DNA from: Octopus vulgaris
Taxonomy: Eukaryota
Assembly: GCA_951406725.2 (NCBI GenBank)
Contig: OX597814.1
Location: 128,588,001 to 128,652,000 of the forward strand
Reading direction: 5' to 3'
Length of the DNA: 64,000 nt
Below are positions 42,951-55,309 of this stretch, one piece after another. Positions within the stretch are counted from its first letter, which is position 1; each line of letters starts with the position of its first letter. The translations under genes were made by a program, and so were the position numbers. The notes under the pieces are model-generated. The model was not told where the DNA came from and did no database searches. It saw nothing but the letters and a program-made list of their open reading frames with translations.

Positions 42951-44121
42951 TCGTTATTTCTGTGTTTCGGCAGCACCATTTCAAATGTACTCCAGTAGCT
43001 CTTACTTCATTTTTGTAGAGTATTAGCAACTCAGCGAGGCCGAAGCATTTTCTGTCCCTGATGAAGAACCTCAGTCTGTTTGAAGCTATTTTGATATTGT
43101 TAATGAATATGTAGTCACCATGAGAAATCAACAAGAATTACGCAACCTAGCATTTAATGTAATTGTGAGGATTTTAGATGTGTTGTTGTTCGTTTGTACA
43201 AAGGATATGTTACAATACTGTTTCTTTGAGATGTGTAATGATTATGTCGTAATGTCATCAAAAGAACTAGGCTGTCAGATTTCACTCTACATTAATGACA
43301 ATTCTTAAGGTGTTTGTTCATGGAGATCATGCAAGCCAAGCGTGAGGTATTTAAATAGTGCATGAATGACACCTCTGTGTAGAAAATTGCAGTGCAGGGA
43401 AATGTATCATCCACATAGGGACGTCAGTTGTTAGAAGTAACATTAAGTAGGTCGTTAAATGTACGAAATTACGTAAAGGTCGGGTTTTTGGAGATTAGAA
43501 ATAAACCAAGAGTATTTTGTGCCAGTGTTTCTGTCACAGATAGAAGTAGAGGTTGATTTTAAATAGTGTGGAAGGTTAGAAAGATTCGTCCACTGCTTCA
43601 GCTGTACTAGTATAGGGGACATGCGAAAACCAGGAGGAATTGCAAACGCAATAACTACAGAGAGAGAGGGGGAGAGAGGGGCAAAGAGAGAGAGAGTGAG
43701 TGAGAGGGTGTATGCGTGTGTACGTGTGTGAGAGAGAATGAGAGAGAGAGAGAAAGGGAGAGAAAGGAGAAAGGCGGGAAAATGAAGTAAGCCAGTTGTT
43801 TATGAGGTATGGGTTTGGGAGGAGTTTTGTTTCTGTGTCAGACAGCAACTTGCAGTAACTTTATCAGTGTTACTAAATGTAATATCTTGATTTAGGAGTG
43901 TCAGGTAGGTGAGCTTAGCAAAACTGGGAAATAAAGCAAATTAGCTGACTAGAATGCATACCTGGCACAAATAATAAATAATCCTTTCTACTATAGGCGC
44001 AAGGCCTGAAGTTTGCCAGTAGGAGACTAATCAATCACATCGACCACAATTTTTTCACTGGTACTTTTTTCATCGATCGTGAAAAAATGAAAGGAAAAGT
44101 CTACCTCGGCAAAATTTGAAA

Positions 44122-44347
44122 GGCGGCGAGCTGGCAGAATCGTTAGCACGCCGGGTGAAATGCTTAGCGGTATTTCGTCTGCGTTACGTTGTGAGTTCAA
44201 ATTCCGCCGAGGTCGACTTTGCCTTTCATCCTTTCGGGGTCGATTAAATAAGTACCAGTTACGCAATGGGGTCGGTATAATCGACTTAATCCGTTTGTCC
44301 CTGTTTGTCTCCTCTATGTTGCCCGCTGTGGGCAATAAAGTAATAAG
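44122..44347 (+). mobile_element. SINE family B nested inside an older - strand family B copy (~43980-44430)
   Basis: Short duplication aatttgaa at both junctions. The host element resumes at ttcagaagg. Confidence 0.85.
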
Positions 44348-44785
44348 AATTTGAATTCAGAAGGTAAAGACGGAAGAAATGCCGCTAAGCATTTTGTCCT
44401 AAGTACTAACGATTCTGCTTGCTCGTCGTCGTCTTAAAAATGAGAAATGATCCTTTTTACTATAGGTGCAAGGCCTGAAATTTAGGGGAAGCGGGATAGT
44501 TGATTACATCGACTCCAGAGCTTAACTGGTATTTATTTCATCGACCCTCACCGAAAAGATGGAATGCAAAAATCAACCCTTGTGGAATTTGAACTCAGAA
44601 CCTAAAGTCGGGTGAAATGCTGCTAAGCGTTTAGCCCGGCGTACAAACGGCAAACAACAACAGCCTCAGAATGTTATCTTGCGCAATACAACTTTTTTTT
44701 TATCTTCGTTTTGTGTTGTCATAGAATTTTACGATTTGCTTTCTTTCATATGGATTATTCAATTTACATTTCTCTTCCACCGTGA

Positions 44786-45045
44786 GAAAAGCTCTTCTAT
44801 TATTTGCTGAAACCTTTGTGTAAAAAGCATATCTGATATTTTCTTGATCCTTTGTGTGTAAAGCTCTTTTTGATAATATATTCTTGATCCGCTGAATGAA
44901 AAGCTTTTTTGATATTTACTCAGATCTCTGCGTAAACAACATATTTGATATTTGCTTGTTTCATTGTATGAAAAGCATTTTTATATTTGTTTGATCCCCT
45001 GAGTGGAAAACTTTAATGGATATCAAACTTGACCATTCTCATGAA
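44786..45045. repeat. Degenerate ~36-bp minisatellite, about 7 units
   Basis: The motif AAAGC...TGATATTT...TTGATCC recurs at spacings of 36, 36, 40, 36, 36 and 35 bp. Confidence 0.65.
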
Positions 45046-45181
45046 TAAATCTTTTTCGTTATGCGTTTTTTAAGCAAAATCCTATAGAAATCTTTTTTTA
45101 AAAATGTCTTTAAACCTAATTTATGTTAATACAATTAACTATTTTTATTGAAGATAAATTGTACTATCCCATTATATAAAG

Positions 45182-45501
45182 CAGTAGATATCAACCATTT
45201 TTTGCCTATGGACCCTTTGGATTACTATTCTATTCTTGTGAACCCCCAAAGCCATTCGATATGTAGAAACTAGTTTTATAGCCGCTACTTTCAAAATTCC
45301 TATTGTGCAAAGTCGAGCTGTCTAAAACATTAGTGAAAGAACCTAGCTGTTTCATGTAATAAATACATCTTAAGCCAAACTTTTTTCATGGACAGTCAGA
45401 ATAGTACTGTGGATTCCCAATTTAGTATTTTACTTGTGTGGACTCCCAAAAATCTTATATGGACAGCCAGGGGTAATATAAACCCCGGTTGAGAACCTCT
45501 G
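45182..45501. mobile_element. hAT-Charlie-type MITE
   Basis: Termini CAGTAGATATCAACC...GGTTGAGAACCTCTG resemble CAGTGGTTCTCAACC TIRs. Confidence 0.6.
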
Positions 45502-45975
45502 ATAGAAAACACTTTTAAATATGTTGACCCCATATTTATTGTACTAGTATTTCGACTCCATATTTATACTTACTGGTCGGAAATGCTTTGTACATTTTCC
45601 CACACTTATTCGCTTATGAGATGGGTGGGGGTACTTATACTAATATTTATTGCTTTCAATGGTTGGGGGAATCTTTTGGAAATTATTAATTAATGTGAGT
45701 TGCTGAGTTATTAATAACACTCCTAAATTTAATTACACAGGTCAACAAAATGAAACATTTTGTTCTTGCTAGAGATGCAAGTGCAGTTCTCTAAGAGAAC
45801 TTTTGCTGTTGACTCTGACTCTCGCTTTATTTTATTTTATTTTAATTTATTTTATCACAGTTCTTTTTAAATTTAGATAGACATTTTTATTTCTAGATCA
45901 CAACCAAAGGGTCATTTAAGAAACTATATATACATACATACATACATACATACATACATACATACATACATACAT

Positions 45976-46006
<31 letters not shown>

Positions 46007-46250
46007 TCCCAGACCAGGCGTTGTGAGTGTTTATTGAGCGAAAACACCTAAAGCTCCACGAGGCTCCGGCAGGGGGTGGTGGCGATTCCTGCTGTACTCT
46101 TTCGCCACAACTTTCTCTCATTCTTTCTTCTGTTGGCCTGCTCGCTTAGCCAGCGGGGTGGCGTCCTTTGAAGGCTAAAACAATGCGAAGCGCATTGTGA
46201 CCAGCGATGTGTAGCAACATCTGATAGCCTGGTCGGTCACGGTGATCCCG

Positions 46251-46303
<53 letters not shown>

Positions 46304-46381
46304 TATTAAGGTGGTGCTATTAAGTTAGACATGGCCTGGACCAATCTTTGGTCGAAACATATCTAAGACTAAGTTTATCTA

Positions 46382-46419
<38 letters not shown>

Positions 46420-46563
46420 TAGGAGCAGGCATGTCCGTGTGGTAAGAAACTTCCTTCCCACCCACATGTTTCCGAGGTGTCTTCTACTATAGCTTCGAGC
46501 GAGCCGACCAAAGCCTTGTTGGTGGATTTGGTAGGCTGAAACTGAAACTGAAAGAAGCCCGTC

Positions 46564-46594
<31 letters not shown>

Positions 46595-46595
<1 letters not shown>

Positions 46596-46792
46596 TAATA
46601 GGGAAGGCCGGTTTATGTGATTATCCTGGATTTCCCGTCCATAAAAGGTTTAGCTTTATGGCGTACCGTCAGACCCCCCTAAAATCCTGTAGGCCTACAG
46701 GTTTTGGGGTCTGACGATACGCCATAAAGCTAAACCAACCCTTTGTGGACGTGAAACCCAGGGTAATCCCATAAACCGGCCTTCTCCATTAA
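46595..46792. mobile_element. Spacer-less palindromic element with a hammerhead motif on each strand
   Basis: Axis cctgtagg|cctacagg at 46693/46694 with ~100-bp arms. Located between (TA)n tracts. Confidence 0.8.
46700..46777 (+). ncRNA. Type I hammerhead ribozyme motif, intact core
   Basis: GGUUUUGGGGU-CUGACGA-UACGCCAUAAAG...CUUUGUGGACGU-GAAACCCAGGGUA-AUCCCAUAAACC. All three stems can form. Predicted cut after GUA at 46765. Confidence 0.78.
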
Positions 46793-46855
46793 AATATATA
46801 CTGCTCTACATCTTAGAGTGTGCGTCTTCGGATTTTTTTTCTGCAAACGATATAC

Positions 46856-46933
<78 letters not shown>

Positions 46934-47131
46934 TTATATATATTTATATATCTTTATATATACATACGCTAATATCGAACTGTGAGAATGACTGCTTACA
47001 CCGCATTGGTGGATAAAATATTCTTTATTTGTAGGTTCACAATGCTACCAATGGTTTCATATGAGAAGGAATCTCTTAACAATTATCAAGCCTGCCACAT
47101 AGAAACGTTGGTACACGTCTCCAAAATATGT

Positions 47132-47192
<61 letters not shown>

Positions 47193-47477
47193 TTTGTGCG
47201 TGCGTGCGTGTGTGTGTGTGTGCGTGCGTGAGATATGTGCGTGCGTGCGCGCGCACGTGTGTGTTTGTGTGTATGACGGACCGACCATAGCTATCACTCG
47301 TCTGACCTATTAGCATTTATCAATTAGCTTTCACTAATTGTTTTACGTGTCTATGTAGTTACTAGCCAACACAGAATTCTCTTGGCCGTCCCACAACGTG
47401 AGCTAGTGGAACATCACGGATGTAACAACTAAAGGGAGAGGTGGTTGTCCCAGCATGAGACTGCGAGGAATAATAAT

Positions 47478-47874
47478 ACTCATTTACTTGTTTCAGTCGT
47501 TTGACTGTGGCCATGCTGGATCACCGCCTTTAGTCGAGCAAATCGATCCCAGGACTTATTCTTTGTAAGCCTAGTACTTATTCTATCGGTCTCTTTTGCC
47601 GAACCGCTAAGTTACGGGGGGCGTAAACACACCAGCATAGGTTGTCAAGCGATGTTGGGGGGACAAACACAGACACACAAACATATACACACACATATAT
47701 ATACATATATACGACGGGCTTCTTTCAGTTTCCGTCTACCAAATCCACTCACAAGGCTTTGATCAGCCCCAGGCTATAGTAGAAGACACTTGCCCAAGGT
47801 GTCACGCAGTGGGACTGAACCCGGAACCATGTGGTTCGTAAGTAAGCTACTTACCACACAGCCACCCCTACGCC
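47478..47874 (-). mobile_element. SINE family A, full length
   Basis: Reverse complement of 10103-10481. Confidence 0.92.
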
Positions 47875-48024
47875 TATTTCCATATATTTTATATGAGGGC
47901 GTATATATGTGTGTTTATATATCTATACAGTAAATATGCATACAAAAGATATATAACTGCTAAAAATGAGAAATGTGACATTTTCTAGAAAATTGTAAAT
48001 TGCATTATCACACTATAAAACTAA

Positions 48025-48326
48025 CAGGCACTCCGTCGGTTACGACGACGAAAGTTCCAGTTGATTCGATCAATGAAACAGCCTGCTCATGAATTTAGCG
48101 TGCAAGTGGCTGAGCACTCCACAGACACGTGAACCCTTAACATAGTTCTCAGGGAGATTCAGCGTGACACAAAATGTGATAAGGCTGACTCTTTGAAATA
48201 CAGCTGAGTGAACTGAAACAAAGTGAAATAAAGTGTCCTTTCAAGGAGACAACGCATAACCGGGAATTGAACTCACGACCTTGCGATTGTAAGCCAAATA
48301 CCCTAACCACTAAGTCACACGCCTTC
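48025..48326 (-). mobile_element. tRNA-derived SINE related to 16476-16762
   Basis: Minus-strand head GAAGGCGTGTGACTTAGTGGTTAGGG...GAGTTCAATTCC. Confidence 0.75.
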
Positions 48327-49100
48327 ACATCACGACATAACAACCAACTGTAGTCTGCCATTATGTTGTCATTTCAGAAACCTTGATACGAGATTCTATA
48401 GATTTAATATACTGGTGACATTTCTCTACTTGTTTCTCACTATTTGAAACAAGATTTTCACGAAAGTAATCTAGATGTGATGTAAGAAACATAATTTAGC
48501 TGACAATCGCCAATCGATATTTCTGAAAACAGTTTCTCGGATTCATTTCGAAAAGAAGGCGCCCTGTAGTTTCCTTAGACGCTAGCACAGATCCATTTGA
48601 AGGTATGACAAGCTTTTTGCGGTAAGGTGTTTTAAGTGTTTAATCGCAAGTTTTGTCTTTTTGATACTCCTCGGATATGAAGTCCTCCAAAAATTCACTC
48701 ATGAATTTTGGCTGCACTTAATTTTGGAAATATTTCTGAGGGAATTAAAAATCCTTCTATATTCTTTATACTAAGCTTAATGTGAAAAGGTTGTAAAAAT
48801 ATTTTCTTCGGATCGATTAAAGTAACTGATTGAATGTTAATTTCTCAAGGAATGTATGAAAACAAGGTCAGCCATTTTCTTGTTTTATAATGTTCTGCGA
48901 CAGCACTACTATCTCACAGATTTAGAAAAGCAATGGCCATTAATCTAGCAAACACTTAAGTCCTCCACATAGATTGTATTGTTGATCGCTGTATTGAACT
49001 ACATTAAAAAAGGTTTCCGTGTCAACATAATAGTCTTTATAATGCACTGAATGAGCGATCAAGCTAGACAGCTTTATTTTGCCACTGTTTAACAATACTT

Positions 49101-49315
49101 GAGAGCTGGCAGAATCTTTAGCACATCGAACAAAATACTTAGCGGCATTTCTTCCGGCTCTATGTTCTGACTTCAAATTGTGCCGCGGTCGACTTTGCCT
49201 TTCATCCCCTTTGAAGGTCGATAAAATAAGTATCTAGTATTTCCGTACTAGGGTGGATGTAATCGGCTAGTCTCTTCCCTCAAAAATTCAGATCTTGTGC
49301 CTTTAGTAGAAAGAA
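49101..49315 (+). mobile_element. SINE family B
   Basis: gagctggcagaatc...gtcgactttgcctttcatcc...tagaaagaa tail. Confidence 0.75.
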
Positions 49316-49338
49316 ATATAATAAAACTGCTTTTAAAC

Positions 49339-49756
49339 TTCGGTTTGAACGGCAGTTATTTCTAGCGGTGTCATATGAAATTGTCACCCATAATTATGAC
49401 CCTAGTATCGATCTATTGCATTTCAATCTCTTTTAGGGTTAGGGTTAGTTAGGGTTAGGGATGGGGGAAGGGTATCTTTTTTCTTCACAAATGTAAATAA
49501 ACCCAATCTGTTTTTTAAACGAGGGACATATTCATACGGCACAGAATGTTTTTTACCTCATTAGACGTCAGTGATTAGTTGAAATTGCAGAAATTGAAGA
49601 AAAACAACAACAAATATCTTACAAACCATAGAATTTTCTCAATAAAGCCAAGAGAAAAAAATGTTTTATTAACACATTCTACCAGTATACGAAGTTTAAA
49701 ATTCTTTAGTTACCTAGAAATTATGTTAAAAACCGCCGTTCAAACCGAAAAGATCC
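49339..49756 (-). mobile_element. Merlin-type MITE (reverse orientation)
   Basis: Reverse complement of 35713-36151. Contains TTAGGG repeats at ~49433-49460. One terminus is eroded. Confidence 0.85.
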
Positions 49757-50808
49757 AAATTCGCCATTCATTTGCACCATGTTTTCAAAGAAAATTTGTC
49801 ACGGCAATAACAGAAAGGACCATATAATAACCTGCTAACCTAAAATTTCGCTCTCTACAGTAACTCACTATTACATTTTTTAAAAATAAGCATCAATCTT
49901 TCGAAGATGAGGCGAGTAGCTCTAGTAATTCTAAATCCCTCACAAGATCGTTCAAACTTAAGAAGACTGGACCGATGATCTCCATTGCTTTGTATGCAAA
50001 ATCTGGTGAAAGTCTAGGACCAACTGCTGCAACGTCATCAACATCGACTTCATTTTTAATGGAGTTTAGTCCATCATGGGAGGAATAGAAACAGACAGTG
50101 TTTCATCATGCGATGAAGGTCTTCACGCGCAATCAAAGTTGGGGCAAAATGATTTTGTGTCCATTCTTTTAATAAAATCTTTAATAAATTCTTTTTGTGT
50201 CCATTCTTTTAATAAAATCCTTAAATACTATCAATGAAAAATGTCTGTCGATAAGGTGATCTTTTTGCTCTCTCGAAATCACCGGCACTGTGAAAGGTAC
50301 TCGGGGTTTCTTTTCCGATTTTTTATCTTTTCAGTCAGTCATGTAAACCATATAAATATATGAAACAAATCTGATGAGGTACCCCTGTCTTGTCTTGGTC
50401 ACCAGTGGACAATCAAAATACAGATATATTACCACAGATCTTTACAAGATCTGTTGTAATATATCTCCGTTGTGAATATGTTTACAGTTTTAGGATACGT
50501 CATAACCTTAAAAGGAAAGAAAAAAAAAACAATATTATTAAAAGACACAGAAATGAATCAGCCCATTTATTAATGAATTTAGCGATAAAAATATAAAATA
50601 TCTAAATTTAATCTCAAATTTTAAGGTAGGCAATGAACCAAAAATATAATGCTTATATCTCAAAAGTTATATGTGCCAGGGAAAAATCCAAAATAGATTT
50701 GATATTAGTTTAAATGCGTCTATAATAATCTTTGGAAAAATTATTTGATCTGCATTATCGTATTTCATTAAAGGAAAAAAAAAAGAAAAGAAAAATCTGT
50801 TAAGAATA

Positions 50809-51200
50809 TGGCGCAAGCACGGTTGTGTAGTTGAGAAGTTAACTTTGCAACAACGTGGTTGCGGGCTCAGTCCCACTGCGCGGCATCTTGGATGTCTCTG
50901 ACTATAGCCCCGGGATAACTAATGCCTTGTGAGTGAATTTTGCAGATGGAAACTGTGTGGAAGCTCATCTTTTATCGCGCGTGTGTGTGTTGTTTGTCAC
51001 CACCCACCGCTTGAAAATCTGTGTTGGTGAGTTTACGTCTCCGTAACTTAGCAGTTCGGCAAAGATACCGATAGATTGAGTACCAAATTTGATAAAAAAA
51101 AAAAAAAGAAGAAAGAATTGCTGAGATAAATTTGTTCGAGTAAATCTTTCAAGACAGGACTCCAGCATAGCCACAGTTCACTGACTGAAACAAGTAAAAA
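50809..51200 (+). mobile_element. Diverged SINE family A
   Basis: Head, body and ctgaaacaagtaaaa tail are recognisable. Confidence 0.75.
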
Positions 51201-52718
51201 CGTCGGTAGACAGAGGAAAATTTATTATATCAATACAATACTAAATAAATATTTACTTTATTGAACAGGAAATAAAATGCAAATATAATAATAGTTTCTA
51301 TTGGTGATGTCTAACATTACATAATACAAAGTCACACACTTTTTTGGGTGTGTGTGTGTGGGGGGGGGGTAAATCGATGTTAGTATTCGACATCCTGGAA
51401 GAATGAAAGTAAAATTCATATCAGCGGAACCTGAACTCAGAATTCCGTCGAGATCAAATTAGTCTTTATTTTTCTGTGATCGCACTCAAACACTGGAGTT
51501 TATTTACTTGATTATACTTCTCAAAACTGGAGTCCTGACACTAATCTTATTCCCTGTCAGTTTAACTCACTTGATTGAAACAGTGAAGCCACAACAATGA
51601 AATATTGTATTTGCTTCACCAACAAATATATTTCGTTCCTTTTAATGTGAGACACAGAAATAACCAATCAACAGACGTGAAGAAGCAAGCCAGTGAACAT
51701 ACATAAGAAATAAGCTAAAGCAGCAAATATAATAAATAAACCAACACATCAAATTTTAACAATTCTCGCCTGAAGATCGATGTGGCATGAAATACATGTC
51801 GTGAAATAAACATTCAGTTTAAATAGGTCTAATGGAGTTGTGCGTTTCTTGACAAAGGATTTCCCCAAATGTGGATAGATCTACGAAGACGTGTTGAATC
51901 GCCACCCCGATCACCAGACCTCACTCCAATGAAAAGTCTCTTGTTGATGTATTTGCTATCAAAAATAAAGTACCTTCAAGAAAACCATGCACTGCTGATT
52001 ACATGATTCCATTCGTAAGAGAATCCATGCCAAGAATTCTATCTCAAAGCGAGACTAGATTTTAGGAATGTGTAAAAACTGAATATCAGCGATTTTAGCA
52101 CTTAGAAGAGTGTACTTAAATGTAATTTAAGAACCTAAACATTTATATTTTATATATTTAATTGTAACGTGTATGCTAGCCTTATTGTGATTTAATAATG
52201 CTTTTACAATAATCGTAACTTCGTAATTGTTTTTTTGTGGGGTGGGGGGCAGTTTTTATCTTTTACTTGTTTCAGTTGTTGAACTGAAGCCCTATGGACG
52301 TACTGCCTCGAAGGATTTTAATCGAACAAACCCCACCCAATACTTATTTTATAATCAGATACTTTATCGGTCTTTTTTGTTTACGAGGACGTAAAGAAAC
52401 CTGCACCGGCTGTCAAGCAGTGGAGGGGAACAGACATAGATACAAAGACACACACCTACACACAAATAGGAGGTATTTCCATATTTCTCTATTTCATCAT
52501 TTTCTTATTTTATTTCGTATTTTTATCAATTAACCGCTAAGTACCTTTGGTAGAATCCACTCCTTAAATCATGTTAATATGAAGTTACTCATAGCAGTAT
52601 TTCGTCCGTCTTTATGTTCTAAATTCAAATTCCGCCGGGGTCAACTTTGGTTGTATCTTTCAGTTTCTGTCTATCAAATTCCTTGAAACATTAGTCGACC
52701 CGGGGCTATAGCAAAAGA

Positions 52719-53442
52719 GGCTCTTCTCTCTTTGGCTGCACCTGGGCAAAATTTAAAGTTTAGTGAAAATTTTAAAATTTGGTGTATTGATGTAATCTTC
52801 CACGCTGAATCTCGGGAGATAATTCGCTTTTTCAGGAAAATTTAAAAAAAAAAGTTACAGAAGTTTAAAGTCGGATAATTTTTACCCAATCAGAAAACAG
52901 GATTTGGAAGCTGTTATTTTGTACGCGATAGCACGCGTTGTCAACTATAAACAAAAAGATATTAGCGGAATTCTGCTTTATGCGTGTCATATAACCCCTC
53001 ATACCTTTAAAAAATTTCTTGGAATTTTCATAAAATTTTTCCTTATTTGTATTCTACACATGGGAATTTTTACGATTATGCAAGAAAAAAAAAGTTTTCG
53101 TGCGTGATTTAAAGTCTATTTAGTGGTTATTCTCAGCACGTCCCCATACCGCATGTGTTTTAAGCCTTTAATAAATGACAAAAGGAACACTTCGTAAAAA
53201 GCTTAGCAACAGCTTGGCTTGTTACTATGAAAGAAGCACCTTTATATCTGTGGCTTTCGATTGGCTAAAATTACACCAAATTTGCAAAATTTAAAAGCTA
53301 TTAAAAGCTATAATTGATTTATGACGAAAATGAATTTCAGGTCAATGATTACTTTACAAAAATACACCAATACACCAAATATGAAATCATTTGGAACAAA
53401 AATGGAAGAAATTGAAAATTGGGACCTAAACAGAAAAAATCC
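52719..53442. mobile_element. Older GG...CC-terminated MITE (Merlin-like) inserted into a family A SINE
   Basis: The SINE is split at ggggctatagcaaaaga|...|atagaagatacttgtcc. The ends GGCTCTTCTC and GAAAAAATCC resemble GGATCTTTTC TIRs. The 8-bp TSD is degenerate. Confidence 0.5.
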
Positions 53443-53845
53443 ATAGAAGATACTTGTCCGACGCGTCACGCAATAGGACTGAACCCGAAACTTTGTGGGT
53501 GGGAAACAAACTTCTTACTACACACCTGTAGGATGTTTTTTTTTTTTCTGTAATGAAATCTCTGCACCTAATTCTGCATTCCTCTGTAACGCTGACGGCG
53601 CTAGTTCAGTGCAAGGCCAGGCATTGGCCGGGATCTCAAAATTTAAGCTTTATGTGACCCCCTACGTACTTCATTCATTCTGTGTTCGTGATTTTACTTT
53701 CGAAGTAGTCACGTTTTCCTTCTATGTATTTCCGTAGCTAACCTCATAGATTTGTAACTGATGTGTTACAAACTGATCAGTTTGTTAATATGAAAATCAG
53801 CAGATCAATACTGAAATAGGATCTTCTTTAGATTTGCAATGTGTT

Positions 53846-53899
<54 letters not shown>

Positions 53900-53938
53900 T
53901 AGGCTAGCATCAATCAGGTTTTTCCGTATTTCAGCATT

Positions 53939-54170
53939 TACTCTTTTACATGTTTCAGTCATCAGACTGTGGCCATGCTGGAGCATCGCCTTAAAGGGTT
54001 TTTTTAGTTGAAGAAATCGGCTCCAGGACTTATTCTTTGAAAGCCTAGTTCTTATTCTATCAGTCTCTTTTGCTGAACCGCTAAGATACGGGGACGTAAA
54101 CACACCAACACCGGCTGTCAAGCGATTGCGGGAAGCGAACAAATACAAACACCCAGACACACACACACAC
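53939..54170 (-). mobile_element. SINE family A, 3' half
   Basis: Reverse complement of the family A tail and body. Confidence 0.8.
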
Positions 54171-54203
54171 AAAGTATACATACATGTATGTAGGTATTTA
54201 TGA

Positions 54204-54239
<36 letters not shown>

Positions 54240-54290
54240 AAATATTAGGGAATAAATCTAAACTTACAGGGAAAAATCAGATTTAGGATT

Positions 54291-54357
<67 letters not shown>

Positions 54358-54821
54358 ATAGTGAGGGATTATCAATCCGGGCAAAATTCTTCATAAGCTC
54401 TCTGTTGGCCTACCAGGCCTACAATACTATTTAGATCGATGAAGAATTCCAGGTAATCTTGTGGCAGTGTCGAAGGTTATGGTTCATCACAATTCTATAT
54501 TGTAAATTCGTGGATGAGCTCCATACAAACTGGTTTTTACAGAGTGATATATAAGAACCAAGTTAAAAATAATAGTCATTTTTTCTGTAGTGGACCAAAT
54601 CTGGCTAAAAGCCGTTTCCAGTAGTCATTATAGGTACATCAATTGTCGATTGATATAACGAGTAGAGCACTGACGGAATGGCTATTGTATGGGAAAGCGG
54701 GGAGATGGAAAGATGTAAGTAGAATAGAGAACAAGGGAAGACAAGTTACAAAGAGGTAGAAAGAAGCAAGGGGATGGAATAAGAGTCACTTAATAGAAGC
54801 AGGGGTCACTTAACAGAAGAA

Positions 54822-55053
54822 GGCGGCGAGCTGGCAGAAACGTTAGCACGCCGGGCGAAATACTTAGCAGTATTTCGTCTGCCGTTACGTTCTGAGTTCA
54901 AATTCCGCCGAGGTCGACTTTGCCTTTCATCCTTTCGGGGTCGATTAAATAAGTACCAGTTACGCATTGGGGTCGATGTAATCGACTTAATCCCTTTGTC
55001 TATCCTTGTTTGTTCCCTCTATGTTTAGCCCCTTGTGGGCAGTAAAGAAATAA
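54822..55053 (+). mobile_element. SINE family B, full length
   Basis: GGCGGCGAGCTGGCAGAAACGTTAGC head, B box GAGTTCAAATTC, tail agtaaagaaataagaa. Confidence 0.9.
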
Positions 55054-55309
55054 GAAGCAGAGGTATTGTGTTGCCAAAATATGGAAGAAGGACAGGCATA
55101 AAACATTGGTGTTTGTACTTAGGTCAACACACTTTACCATATTAGCATTGTATATAGGTTAGATATTCTCTAACCATTGTGCTTCTTACCACACCTGCAT
55201 TTCATCATTTTTTAAAATATACCTTCATTTTTATCAATCAGCCGCCGAGTACCGTTGGTAGGATCCACTCCTTAAACTGCGTTGATATGAAGTTACTAAA
55301 CGGTAGTGA

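Larger units (their letters stand above)
48330..50480 (-). pseudogene. Decayed DNA transposase, CMC/Chapaev-3-like, interrupted by a SINE and a MITE
   Basis: Minus-strand fragments occur in the expected order: DQDKTGVPHQIC (~50365-50405), VPVISREQKDH (~50257-50290), RPSSHDETLSVSIPP, LNDLVRDLELLELLAS (~49910-49960), PKLSAAKIHE.IFG (~48685-48727), MADYSW (48361). Confidence 0.7.

Noticed and set aside
44786-45045. CRISPR-like array
   Set aside because: Eukaryotic context, no identical repeats separated by unique spacers, and no cas genes.
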